In this document: positions 37,511-50,434 of the stretch, one piece after another
How the letters are laid out: each line of letters starts with the position of its first letter
How positions within the stretch are numbered: position 1 is the stretch's first letter
Assembly: GCA_030390025.1 (NCBI GenBank)
Contig: CM059433.1
Location: 7,690,001-7,754,000 of the forward strand
Direction: 5' to 3'
Origin: Squalus acanthias
Lineage: Eukaryota
Length of the DNA stretch: 64,000 nucleotides
Made by a program: the position numbers and the translations under genes
The notes under the pieces: model-generated
Databases searched by the model: none
What the model saw: the letters and a program-made list of their open reading frames with translations, nothing else
What the model was told of the DNA's origin: nothing

Positions 37511-39534
37511 GTGGGTGAAATTCGATAAGGTCTAAAAAAGTGCACAGACACCACGCTGTGAGATATGCCTGCGCCCGTTCAGAAACCGCAGGCAGCATGT
37601 CAATTTGGTGCTACCTACCAATTATCATGATGATAGCGCATAGCCTAGTGACTAAGGCATTGCTGACAGGCTGTGCATTCAGCAGAGGGCCCAAGTTCAC
37701 GTCACTGGAGCGAGGCTGGCTTTACATAAAGCTAGCCTGCTCCTTTTCAAGGCTGTCTCTAGCTCTTAAAGCTGAACTGCCTTCTGCAAAAATGTTTTAA
37801 AATCCTTCAGAATTAGGCAGTCTGCAGCTCTTAAAGCTGAACTGCCTTCTGCAAATTTTTTTTTAAATCCTTCAGAACTAGGCAGTCTGCAGCTCTTAAG
37901 GCTGAACTGCCTTCTGCATGTAAAAATTGCTAAAAGTCCTTCAGCACTAACACATGGCTCAACAGGCCAGGGAAAGGGCGCCCAGGTGTCAACACTGGAA
38001 AAGAGGTCCTCTACCCACAGGAGGCCCTCCAGAAAGAAGGATGTGGGACCAGATCACCGAGGCCATCACTGCCAGCAGTGTTGCCCCCAGGACCTGGTTC
38101 CAGTGCCCAAAGAAGCTTCATGACCTCAGACCAGTGGTCAAGGTCAGTGAATGCATCTTCAAAAGCCGTCTCCTACCAACTGCACCACTAGCCTCACACA
38201 CTGCTAAATGCATGACCCTCCATCACTCACCTACCAACAATCTCTACCAAACACGAGGCACATCTCACATTCCTAGCTTCACCTCACCCCCTTGGAGGAG
38301 ACGGTGCCGGCCATTCTTGGCAGGGGCATGGCTAAGCCCTTGGCCAGCGACGTGGCTGAAAGAATACAAGTTTTGGTATCCTCATACGTTATCCTCCTTC
38401 TCACATCCCACTTCCCCCTCATCCGACAGTATCTTCTGATTTTCAAGCTGCACATGGTGTAACCATCAACGTCTTGCTTTACCCCCCTCCCCTCACCACA
38501 AACCTACCCTTGTGTGTTCCTCATTGCAGACACCAAGAAATCCAGCCTGCCAGCCAGTGGGTGACCAAGAAGAGGGAGAGGAAAGTAAAGAAGAAGAAGG
38601 AACGCCGTCACTCGATTTGACACTCCCAGCCACCAACTCCTCGAAGTCATCCTGCATGGCCATCTGCAGTCTCCCCCACTGAAAGTCAGCAACCTTCTAC
38701 CAGCCATGCTGCAGCCACTGAGGTAGCACTGCGTGACATCAGTAGGATAGGCAAAGGCACATGCAAGAGACTCACTAAGGGAATGCACAAGTGTGATTAG
38801 TTGATTTTTTGATGTAATATTGGATGCATATATGGATAAAGTTGGAATGGAAAATTTGCTTTGTGGTGACTTTTATTTCCGCATTGTGGCCAAGAGGACG
38901 CTGTGATGGTCAGTAACAGAGGGAAGGTAAGGTGTGGGACAGATGTTGAAAGGGGAATTGAGGTTGTGTTCACTGGTAATGCAGGCGGATGATTCAATCC
39001 CGGATATCCCAGCCAGAAAGGGACTGACTGGGTTGCCCCCCTTCCTTCCGCTTCCTCCTCTTCTGTTTTATCCTCTTCTGCTTTCTCCTCCCTCTGCGAG
39101 CAGCTCCAGGTGTTGTTGCAGCCCAAGGGGGACTGCAACTAAAGCCCCAGGACTGGGAGCCAGTGGTGTTCTCTGAGGCCTTCCTTTAACAGCCAAAGCC
39201 TTGCAAACGTCCAGCAGCATTCCCTGCACACTTTAACAATTTTTTTAATGTATTGCACCAAGCCACTACTCCAATAAAATGAAAATAAAAGTCCAAAAGC
39301 AAATATCTAAACTTACCTTAACGATGTGTTTGCCCCTTTAGGAAGCACTTTCAGCGTCTCGGTTGTACTGCTGCACGCACATTCTTCCCTGCGTGGTTTG
39401 GAGAGGGCGGGATCAAGAGCGGCGACGTACAAAATCACAGATTGTGCGCGAGTTCAGGCGGAAGTGAGGCGGTCGCCATTTTTTCAGCAAAACCGGCCTT
39501 AACGGCCGACGCTACACCATCCAATTTCGTACCC
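37511..39534 (+). mobile_element. Non-autonomous PIF/Harbinger element with Myb/SANT (+) and transposase C-terminal (-) remnants
   Basis: TSD ATA; degenerate TIRs; WDQITEAITASSVAPRTWFQCPKKLHDL Myb motif; convergent acidic transposase tail. Confidence 0.8.
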
Positions 39535-40108
39535 ATAGAATCATACAATGTAGAAGGAGGCCATTCGGCCCATTGTGACTGAGCCGGCTCTTTGAAAGAG
39601 CTATCCAACCTGCAAATGTTTCCTTTGCCAAAATGAATTTATTTTTAAACAGTTCTTAGGGACTCATCTCATCATTTGAATGTAAATATATACACATATA
39701 TCCAAGCCGAATTTCCTATGATTCCCATTCCAAACAAAGAGCCAAACTGTTACATTTGGACATGGAGCCAGCTATTCCGCAATCGAATCGGGAAGAATCC
39801 CAAAAGCTATGGTTCCAGATTTTTGGATGTAATAGTGATTCCCGGTTCTGCTCCTGATAAGAGCAAATTACTTGAACATCCCCTGAGTGAATAGCCATCC
39901 CACTTTTTCTGATTTGATCTGATAAACCAGGTAGTAAAAGCTTTAACATTAGTAAACCAAAGCTACTCATGGAGACGGCCATCCTCAGCATTTTATCCCC
40001 CCAGAAGAATACTTTTTAAAGAGTTTCATTTTTTTAATGAATTTTGTGTTAATCAACATATAGAATGTTAGTGCTGGGGAATGGAACACTTTCCATTTCA
40101 GACACTTA

Positions 40109-41650
40109 GTTCAGAATTTTCATCGGCCCATGGAGGCGGGTTTGGAGGCGTGTGGGGTGGGAAAATAGCAGATTCGGGGGTCCTGAACCCAACCCGCCGC
40201 CATGCCAGTTTCACAGGAGGCGGGTACCTGACCTGTGCTGGGACCCGCCTCCCCGAGGCGGGAAGGGGATTAGTGACAATTAACTGCCTGTTAACAGGTA
40301 GTTAACAGGCAGCTTGTTGCCTAATCACTATTTTTAGCCCTGAAGTGTGGGCTACCCGACAGGTCCCAACCACGCCGTTTCAGCGAGGCGGACCGTGGGT
40401 CTGCAGGGGTTGGGGGGGTCGATATGTCCGGTGGGCAGCTAAGTGATGGGTGCATGTGTGCAGAGGTAAGTGTGTAAGGTAAGTGTAAATGTGGAAAAAA
40501 GCTTTACTTACCTTAACTTTCTCCTGCAGGTGTCAGCCCTTCAGTTCTCGGGAGTCAGAAATTTCACCGGCACAGAAAGCAGAATGGCCGCGGAGCTGTC
40601 AAAAGCTGCAGTTCTGCTTTCTGTGCTGGATTGATTTCTAACTGAGTCTAAGTACAGGGACTCACGTTAGAAATCATATTGTCAGTGTTTGACAGCTTCA
40701 CAGAGCTGTCAAACGCTGAAATTTCATCTGTCAAAAGCTCTTGACAGATGAAATTTCAATGGCTGACGTCACCTGTATCCAAGGAACCCTTGATTGGCCT
40801 GCTAAGCCCGCTGGGCGGGCTTAACAAGGTCAATCAAGGGAAAATACAGTGGGTTGGCCACAAGTCGATGGAGGCGGGACTACAACCCAAAAAGTGGGAG
40901 TCCTGCCTCCATCATGTCCCCATTGACAAAATCCAGCCCTTAGGGCGTGATCTTGCCAGCCCTGGGGAGGCGGGTTTGGAGGTGGGACTGCCGGAAAAAT
41001 AGCAGAATCTGGGGGTGGGTACCCATCCCACTCCCAACCCACCTCCGTGCCATCTTCCCAGGAGGCGGGTAGCCGACTCGCGATGGGTCCCGTCTCCTGG
41101 AGGCGGGAAGGGGATTACAGCCACTTAACTGCCTGTTAACAGGTAGTTAACAGGCAGTTAAGAGGATTATCCCCATTTTTCCAGCAGAGGCGCGGGTTTC
41201 CCGACCCCGCCAGGGTCATCAAGGCGAGCAGTGGGTCTGCGGGGGTCAGAGGGGTGCAAAAGTGCGCTGTGGAGGTAAGTAATGGGTGCAAGTGTGGAGA
41301 GGTAAGTATGTGAGGTGAGTGGAAAGTGCTAGAAAATGTTTACTTATCTTTGTATCTTCCTGCAGGCTTTAACCGTTGGGGATGCGGAGAGTCTCGCATC
41401 TCACCGGCAGAGATGACAGATGGCTGCTGCATTCTCCGATGCAACAACCATCTAATTTCTGCTCACAAAAGAGGTTTGATGAGTCTTGAATACAAGAACT
41501 CATCAAACAACAGAGAATGTCAGTGTTTGACAGCTTCACAGCTGTCAAACGATGACAATTCATCTGTCAAAAATTTTTGACAGATGAAACGTCATACGCT
41601 GACGTTCTCTGTAACTGGCTTCCCCTTAATTGGCCTGCTAAGCCCGCTGA
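40109..41650. mobile_element. Two tandem hairpin-rich Harbinger-type MITEs (40109-40939; 40943 to about 41650, truncated)
   Basis: TTA precedes the first copy and separates the two; both are homologous to 26209-26965. Confidence 0.75.
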
Positions 41651-42179
41651 TTCAGTGCTGGATGAAGGCAGTTTTGTATTGTGGGACCATGCCCACTAGC
41701 AATTGCAGTGAGTCTGCCTAAGCACATTTCATGTAGGACTGTTACAGCCAGAAGAAACATTCTTCCCATCTCTCTGAACTCAATTCGAACCCAGATCCCA
41801 AAAGTGAAAAGCTGGTATCTAACTCATTGTAGCATCCAGTCCCTAAAATAGCCTGTAAACCAGAAATAGTTCAGTTGAAGAAAAAATCTTCAATTATACT
41901 GACTCCCTTTGATCCTTTATTGAAATTGGCAATTGTCTCCATCCTGCTGTTAACCTCTCTCTCCAATAAATGATTTATGGCTTGCACAATTCTTTTCTTC
42001 AAATCCGGGTTTAAACTTAATAGAGTGCTTCTTCCTCATCTGCAAGCAAGGTCATAGGATCCTTATTAGAAGCTGTTCAAAAGAAGACTATCTACACATT
42101 TGTTAATGTTTGTTAACTTTAAGTCCTCTACAAGCATGAAAAGGTTCTTGATTGATCCTTTGTGAGATAGACAGAAATA

Positions 42180-42565
42180 AAAAATTATGAGGGGCCAAAT
42201 AGAATGGATAGGAAGGACCTATTTCCCTTAGCAGAAGGGTCAATAACCAGGGGGCATAGATTTAAAGTAATTGGTCGGAAGTTTAGAGGGGATTTGAGGA
42301 GAAATTTTTTCACCCAGAGGGTGGTGGGGAGGGGGGGGGGGCGCGGGGGGTGTCTGGAACTCACTGCCTAAAAGGGTGGTAGAGGCAGAGACCCTCATCA
42401 CATTTAAAAAGTACTTGGATGTGCACTTGAAGTGCCGTAACCTACAGGGCTATGGACCAAGTGCTGGAAAGTGGGATTAGGGTGGATAGCTCTTTGTCGG
42501 CCGGCACGGACAAGATGGGCCGAATGGCCTCCTTCTGTGCTGTGAATTTCTATGATTCTATGATT
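42180..42565 (+). mobile_element. CR1 3' end
   Basis: (TTCTATGA)n tail; same subfamily as 24082-24324. Confidence 0.85.
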
Positions 42566-43084
42566 ACTAGCTTAGGAGGAGTTCTTACTGCATCATTCAT
42601 TGGTACCTGCCTCTCTATTTTCCTGAACAAAGGGTGTTGGAAGTTCCAAAGAGGCCGTGAAGAATAAGGCTGTTAAAGATTGCCTTGTCAAGTACTCCTC
42701 CTTATATGGGAGGGGTGGCGATCACTCTCTCAACGGCTGTAGTATCACACAGAGTGTGGATCCAACCTACAAAGGTGTTTCTGAATCAAAAATGGCAGAG
42801 GACGTAAACTAGGAAAGCCTCATTTACATAGTTAAAGGCTTTCCTGTGTCTAACAAAATTCCCGTAGCAGATTTAGATGATACTTGCATACAAATGATAT
42901 GTCTAAAAAAAATAGAAATCTTGCCATTCACAAAATGTATCTGGTCTCGCCCAGTGAAGGTAAGGTTCTTTCACTGTAAATGGCAAACATCATTGTAAGT
43001 TGGGTCTGTAGATTCCACATAGAAAAGGGACCTATGACTTCTTTGGGTGTTACATTGGTTAATGTTGATTAATTGTGGGGAGTT

Positions 43085-43802
43085 CATATTTGACTCCGAG
43101 ATGAGCCTCCAATCACATATCCACGCCATCACTAAGACCACCTATTTCCACCTCTGGATCATCGCCCGACTCCGCACCTGCCTCAGCTCATCTGCTGCCG
43201 AAACCCTCCTCCATGCCTTTGTTACCTCTAGACTTGACTAGTCCAATGCTCTCCTGGCTGGCCTCCCATGTTCTACCCTCCATAAACTTGAGCTCATCCA
43301 AAACTCTGCTGCCCGTGTCCTAACTCACACCATGTCCCGTTCACCCTTCACCCCTGTGCTCGCTGACCTACATTGGCTCATGGTTAGGCAACACCTCGAT
43401 TTTAAAATTCGAATCCTTGTTTTCAAATCCATCCATGGCCTCGCCCCCTCCCTATCTCCGTCATCTCCTCCAGCCCCACAACCGTCCGAGATGTCTGCGC
43501 TCCTCTAATTCTGGCCTCTTGAGCATCCCCGATTTTAATCGCTCCACTATTGGTGGCCGTGCCTTCAGCTGCCAAGGTCATAAGCTCTGGAGTTCCCTCC
43601 CTAAACCTCTCTGCCTCTCTACCTCTCTTTCCCTCTTTAAGACGCTCCTTAAAACCTACCTCTTTGACTAAACTTTTGGTCACCTGCCCTAATATCTCCT
43701 TATGTGGCTTGGTGTCAAATTTTGTTTGATAACGCTCCCATGAAGCGCCTTGGGAAACTTTACTACGTTAAAGGTGCTATATAAATACAAATTGTTGTTG
43801 TT
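43085..43802 (+). mobile_element. L2 3' part
   Basis: Homology to the other L2 copies. Confidence 0.88.
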
Positions 43803-44127
43803 AACTCAAGTGCCATGCTAAATGTTCTTAGAAGCAATAGGGCCAGCAATACACGCACTTTTTATAAAAAGAACCTGTGGAATGTCCCTCCTGCTCAGTT
43901 TAGTTTAGTGAGAGTTCCTTTTGATCCCTGCACAAGCACTTGATTGTTCCTTTCCAGATTATTTACTTTTGCTCCTTGACTCTATTTCTTTGGATTACCC
44001 AACACCTTCCCTGGCTCTCATTCTACGTTATCATTTAAGTCTATGTCCTGTTGAATTCCTTTGCTGGCTCAGTGGTTAAAAATCACTCAGCTGGGGCTCA
44101 GGTTATGCAGAAGATTGGCATTAATCA

Positions 44128-44600
44128 AAAGCAAAATACTGCGGATGCTGGAAATCTGAAAATAAAAACAGAAAATGCTGGAAACACTCAGCAGGTCAGG
44201 GAGCATCTGTGGAGAGAGAAACAGAGTTAACGTTTCAGGTCGATGACCCTTCGTCAGAACTGGAAAAAGTTGGAGATGTAACAGGTTTTTAAGCAAGTGT
44301 AGGGGCAGGGAAAGGGGGAGAGGAGGAAAGATCTGTGATAGGCTGGAAGGCAGGAGAAATTAAAAGACAAAAGGGATGATGGTGCAAGGCAAAAGGAGAT
44401 GGTAATGGGACAAGTAAAGGAACAAAAGATGACTCTAGATGAAGTGTAAATAGCGATGGCAGAATCATCAACAGCTGCCATGTGAGAGAGAGAAAAAGAA
44501 ATTGGGGCCGAGGTTATAGTCTGAAATTGTTGAACTCGATGTTGAGTCCAGAAGGCTGTAAAGTGCCGAATCGAAAGATGAGGTGCTGTTCCTCGAGCTT
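44128..44600 (-). mobile_element. Penelope-like 3' end (family B) with an intact hammerhead motif at 44225-44261
   Basis: Minus strand reads AGTT-CTGACGA-A-GGGTC(ATC)GACCT-GAA-ACGT-T-AACT. Confidence 0.78.
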
Positions 44601-44684
44601 GGTATTAATGGTATTAATCAGACTGTCCGTTCTGGACTGAGAGCCATGAGTGGAATGAATGAAACTAATAACCCCTCCCTGCAG

Positions 44685-44928
44685 GTGGCACTAGATACCA
44701 TGAATTTCGGTTGATTTCTCCCATAACACCACAATGTGGGAAGATTTCCAATGCATGCTAGGTATAGAAAAATTGGCAATGCATTTATAGAGAACGAGGT
44801 TTCACCCAGCACACAGAGGAAATCTTCCCCTTATGTGTCAGTCGCTGTAAGAACTTCCAAGCGTACTTTGGCCCTGGATCACATTCCAGTGTCCTCCAAT
44901 AAGCTTTTCTGTTCCAGTACCCATACAG
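44685..44928 (+). pseudogene. Candidate exon of an unidentified decayed gene, two in-frame stops
   Basis: cccctccctgcag acceptor, CAG/GTAAGA donor, 244 nt (phase 0 to 1); VALDTMNFG*FLP*HHNVGRFPMHARYRKIGNAF... Confidence 0.45.
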
Positions 44929-45659
44929 GTAAGAATGTTAGAAAAGTTGGAGTGTAGAGACATACTCAGTGCCAATCTTTATTAATTTCCTCTCAATGTG
45001 GATAATTGCAGCTGCCGCTCTCCTTTCTGACTCTTTTGTAAAAATGTCAGCGGACATTGATACTTACTGAAGCAAAATTGCAATTCTCCAACTTTTAGAA
45101 TTAAACACTGATAAAATGTTGCGCCCAACCAATTTCTCTTTCACTTCACTTAGCTGCCACGGATGTTTTCTGGCAATACTTAATTTAAGTCTAAGTCTGG
45201 CTAAAATACACACATCTCTCGTTAGGGAGTAAAGTCCGTAAAACAAGCCAAGGAACTACCCTTCGACATAGTGAAATCTATTTTGGTGAAATATTCTCTC
45301 TAGTGAACGTTCCTCTGAGAATTGGCTAGGTTGTCAGGAGCCTCTTTCTGTACCTACAATCTCTTGGCAAGATTTAATGATGTAAATATATATTAGTACA
45401 TCCTGAATATTACTGTACTTGCTTGACAGGTCTCCTTGCATATTTTTCTGTCCCTTTGTTCAATCAATCCCTAGACGAACCTCCATATAATCACTGCCTG
45501 CATACCTCTATCTGACCATATGAGTGAAGATATGGAGATACTAATTCTGTGACTGGAAAGGGGGCCAATAACATAGACAAATGGAGTGCCTGCTACCTTC
45601 TGTTCCCCCTCCAACCACAGCGCCATTGTCTAACTATGAGACATTCTTAAGTGCAACAG

Positions 45660-46580
45660 GACATAGAAATAGGAGCAGGAGTAGGCCATTTGGCCCTTCG
45701 AGCCTGCTCTGCCATTCAATAAGATCATGGCTGATCTTCTACCTCATTTCCACTTTCCTTTCTTCCATATCCCCATATCGCTTGATTCCCTTAATATTCA
45801 AAAATCTATCAATCTCTGTCTTGAATGTACTCAATGACTGAACCCTCTGGGGTAGAGAATTCCAAAGATTCACCACCCTCTGAGTGAAGAAATTTCTCCT
45901 CATCTCAGTCCTAAATGGCCGACCCCTTATTCTGAGACTGTGACCCCTGGTTCTAGACTCCCCAGCCAGGGGAAACATCCTCCCTGCATCTACCCTGTCA
46001 AGCCCTGTAAGAATTTTGTATGTTTCAATGAGATCACCTCTCATTCTTCTAAACTCTAGAGAATATAGGCCTAGTCTACTCAATCTGTCCTCATAGGACA
46101 ATCCCCCCATCCCAGGAACCAGTCTGGTGAACCTTCGTTGCACTCCCTCTATGGCAAGTATATCCTTCCTTAGGTAAGGAGACCAAAACTGTACACAATA
46201 CTCCAGGTATGGTCTCACCAGGGCCCTATATAATTGCAGTTAAATGTCTTACTCTTATACTCAAATCCTTTTGTAATAAAGGCCAACATACCATTTGCTT
46301 TCCTAATTGCTTGCTGTACCTGCATGTTAACTTTCAGTGATTCGTGTACAAGGACACCCAGGTCCCTCTGAACATTTCCCAATCTCTCACCATTTAAAAA
46401 ATACTTTGCTTTTCTATTTTTCCTACCAAAGTGGATAGCTTCACATTTCTCCACATTATATTCCATTTGCCATGTTCTTGCCCACTCACTTAGCCTGTCT
46501 ATATCCCCTTGAAGCCTCATTGCATCCTCCTCACAACTTACATTCCCACCCAGCTTTGTATCATCAGCAAACTTAGATAT
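45660..46580 (-). mobile_element. CR1 3' part
   Basis: ORFs 46215-46664 and 45739-46218. Confidence 0.92.
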
Positions 46581-46581
46581 A

Positions 46582-46997
46582 GCACAAAAGCAAAATACTG
46601 CGGATGCTGGAAATCTGAAACAACAAGAGAAAATGCTGGAAACACTCAGCAGGTCAGGCAGCATCGTGGAGAGAGAAACAGAGTTAATGTTTCAGGTCGA
46701 TAACCCTTTGTCAGAACTGGAAAAAGTTGGAGAAGTAACATATTTAAGCAAGAGTGGTAAGGGGGAGGGGAGGAAAGAACAAAGGGAAGGTCTGTGATAG
46801 GATGGAAGGTAGGAGAGATTGAAAGACAAAAGGGATGATGGTGCAAGGCAAAGGGAGATGGTAATGGGACAAGTTATAAAACAAAAGATGACTTTAGATG
46901 AGGTGTAAATGACAATGGCAGAATCATCAACAGCTGCCATGTGAGTGAGAAAAGAAAACATGGGGGTCGAAGTTATAGTCTGATATTGTTGAACTGG
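46582..46997 (-). mobile_element. Penelope-like 3' end (family B) with a mutated hammerhead
   Basis: Homologous to 44128-44600; core reads CTGACAA. Confidence 0.75.
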
Positions 46998-47162
46998 AGG
47001 GAGTTCCAGGATTTTGATCCAGCGACGATAAAGGAATGGCGATATATTTCCAAGTCAGGATGGTGTGTCACTTGGAGGTGGTGCTGTTCCCATGCGCCTG
47101 CTGCCCTATGGGAGATGCTGTTGAAGAAGCCTTGGTGAGTTGCTGCAATGCATCTTGTAGAT

Positions 47163-47300
47163 CAGTGGCGGGCAAAATACAGCCCGCGGGCCGCATCCGG
47201 CCCGCCGATAGATTCCATCCGGCCTGCCAAGGCCTGGCTTTGAGGCCGAATGTCCCCCGCACCTGACCCCCGCCCCACATGACCTCAGGAGATGGGTCAT
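47163..47300. mobile_element. hAT-Charlie-like left terminus
   Basis: CAGTGGCGGGCAAA..gcccgcgggccgcatccggcccg; right end not located. Confidence 0.5.
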
Positions 47301-48678
47301 TGTCTCCAAGGCGGCAGGGGAGTCTAGCAACAGGCCTTCGAGACGGGAGGTGAAGATACGGAGACCAGCGGCTGAGGCGGACAGGAGGCGGCTGGGATCA
47401 TCAATCCCATGCACTCTAATTTTAGACAAAACAAGTAAGCTGTTTCTCAGTGGGGTGCCTTAATGCTTTACTTTCGCATCGCTCTAAATGAAAGAGTTGC
47501 TGCAAAAAAGTGGTGATGGAACTCCAAAGCCGGGTCCCCTCTGATTCTGGAGTGTACGGATTGAAACTCCAGCGTGGTGTCCAGCCGAGTTTAAAAAGTG
47601 CTGAGGGATTCCGTTTACCTTGGAATATTATAAATTGAAGGAGAAGGATTTTTTTTAAACGCTTTGTGAGTTTGGGAGCTCTTGCCCGCTCTCAAAACAT
47701 TTCAACTTTAATTTCTGGCAGCAGAGCCTTGCACATAGGTGTAACCATGGCCTGCACACAGCGCTCCTGGCCGCACGAATGTTGATTTGTCGCCAAGCAC
47801 AGTCCACCGTAGAACTCCGATGCTCCCAGTGCAGCGATCAATCCCAGACCATTAATGTAGTAAAGCTGCAGTCCGTGTCTCACTCCATTTCAGACCGATT
47901 AACTTCGCAAAAGACTTGCTGGGAGTTTGGGACTTTTTACTTAATTGGGAACACACCAGCTATAGTTTCAGTCTCATTTGTTTCAGGGACCAACCAACAT
48001 GAGTTATCACTTTGACTGGTCGGTGTGGTATTAATCACTGTCGCTCAGAGTGAGCCAGGCATTGGACAATGCATGGACTGGTTGGGTCGAATGGCCTGTT
48101 TCTGTGCCGTATATCCTATGTAATCCTATGTCATTTTAAGAAAGCACAAGTTTGTACCCACATTGCATAAAGTCTTCAGGCTTCTGTGGGATACACTGGG
48201 CCGCAGCCCCCCCGCCCCGGGGGAGGTCCTTTTACTGACAGCAGCGCGGCCCCCTGAACCGGCGTAGAGCGGTGAGTGCAGCAGCTGGGCCGTTCCCCCT
48301 CCCCCTCCCCCTCCCCCTCTTCCCTGACTCCCTCTTTCTGTTGTGGTTCTGAAATAATTTTTTCCCACTTTTTTTCCAGGTTTCTAGTTCGTAGCCATTT
48401 GTTGACTGCCTGCGACCTTACAATCTGTCTTGTCGGAGATCCTGTTATCACTACCCTCCCTACCCTGCCCTCCTACCTGCCTGGTTTACAAAATTTTCTA
48501 TTGCTGCCTCAGTGTTCTTCACAAGTCTTCTTGTCCCTATTTGGTTTAAGTGCAGCTTGTCTCTCCTGTACCCTTTTTATTCCGGAAGGATTCCCAATTA
48601 TTTATGTTATCAAACAATGTCTTCAAAAGCTGAACCTGGAAGGTCAATGACTGGAAAAAGTCTATTGGTGCCTTTAAG

Positions 48679-49145
48679 TGTCAGCTGTGGCTCAGTGGGT
48701 AGCGCACTCGCCTCTCTGAGTCAGAAGGTTGTGGGTTCACAGTCCGCACTCCAGGGACTTGAGCACATAAAGCTAGGCTGACACTCCAGTGCAGTGCTGA
48801 GGGAGTGCCGCACTGTCGGAGGTGCTGTCTTTCGGTTAAACTGAGGCCTCGTCTGCTCTCTCAGGTGGTCATAAAAGATCCCCTGGCACTATTTGGAAGA
48901 AGAGCAGGGGAGCTATCCCTGGTGTCCTGGCCAATATTTATCCCTCAACCAACATAACAAAAACAGATTATTTGGTCATTTTCACATTGCTGTTTGTGGG
49001 AGCTTGCTGTGTGCAAATTGGCTGCTACACTTCCCACATTACAACAATGACTACACTCCAAAATAGTACTTCATTGGCTGTAAAGCACTTTGAGACGTCT
49101 GGTGGTCGTGAAAGGCGCTATATAAATGTAAGTCTTTCTTTCTTC
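48679..49145 (+). mobile_element. SacSINE1/DeuSINE-type SINE, full length
   Basis: Same structure as the other copies. Confidence 0.88.
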
Positions 49146-49206
49146 TAATTGCGCAACAGTTATCCATTTCTATAATGTTGCCTTGAGTCTTTTGCGGGGG
49201 GGGGGG

Positions 49207-50434
49207 GGGCAGAGAAATTCGGCATGTTAGCGCCTCCTGTTAGCGCCTGGGCGGGGCACTAATGGGTTTGCGGTGGGGCGCAGCGAATCCAACGCCGCAC
49301 ACGACATTCACCCGGGATTTAGCGCTGCCGAAAACATTTAGCGGCTGGCAGATCGTGACGTCAACGCATGTGGATGTCCCGTTAAAGGCCCAGATGCAAA
49401 ATTGACTGCTGCCCCCTGCCCTAGCACCTGGCCTGAACAAGGGCAGGAAGAGGAGGTGTGATGCAGTCGGAAGGCCGCTGTAGGAGCGGTATTTAAAGGG
49501 ATCAACAACCGGTTTCATTTTAGTCACCAATCAATGCTGCCTTCTCAGTTTGACATAGGGAAACAGCGTGTTCGTTGCTGCTCCCTCCTATTGTGGGCCA
49601 GCTGGGCCTGCAAGAGGAAGGAAATAGTGTGAGTGAATGTGGAGCAATGTGTTTGGGAGATGTGCCTGCCATAGTTGAATAGCTGTGATTGTAGGCAAGG
49701 CGTGAGATGTGGATGTGAGTTTTAGTAGGTGGAGATGCTTGGTGGGTGAGTGGTGGGGGTGTGGTGGTTTGTGCAGTGTGTACAGACTGAGGTTCAGATG
49801 CTGGCATGTGGGACTTGTTGAAGCATGTACTCACCCTGACCACCCAAGTGAGCTCGTTGAATTTTTTACGGCACTGTGTGAGGGTCCTGAGGACCACACT
49901 GCTGGCCGAGACGTCCTGGGCCACTTCCCTCCACATTGCCCTGAAGACCTGGGGCAATGGCCTCCTGCCAGTGGCCGGGAACAGCGCTGCCCTCCTTCTT
50001 TCGACTGCCGCGACCAATGCCTCCTATTCCTGGTCGCCGAAACGGCGAGCTCTCTCCATGGGACTGGAATCAGCCATGAGGATAAGAGGTGTGGCTGTTG
50101 AGTTGCTTGGAGGTCACCTTCAGAGCCAGCAATGTTGAGAATGAGGTTGTGCAGAATGATTGAACCTCCCCTTTAAGAACTGGAAGGAGCCAGTGTGAAT
50201 GATGAGTCCCGATTGGACTGCACCTGAAATTGGTTATCGCTGTGCGGGTAGCGCCCGCTCTCTGTGTGTAGCGCCCTAAGTTAGGTGATTAGTGCTTGAT
50301 TTAGCGCTCCAGTTCTTTCTTGGAGCGCTAACAATCAATTTAGCAGGAGGTCAGAAGGATTAGCGCCTGACGCTAATTCTCCAACTTTTTTAAATTGAGC
50401 GCCCCCCACTGGGGCGATACCGAATTTCTAGCCC
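49207..50434 (-). mobile_element. Internally deleted Harbinger element retaining Myb/SANT exon 1 (50077-49835) and the start of exon 2
   Basis: TIR GGGCTAGAAATTCGG; MADSSPMERARRFGDQE*EALV...MWREVAQDVSASSVVLRTLTQCRKKFNEL; GTGAGT donor; ttgcag/AQLAHNRREQ. Confidence 0.82.
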
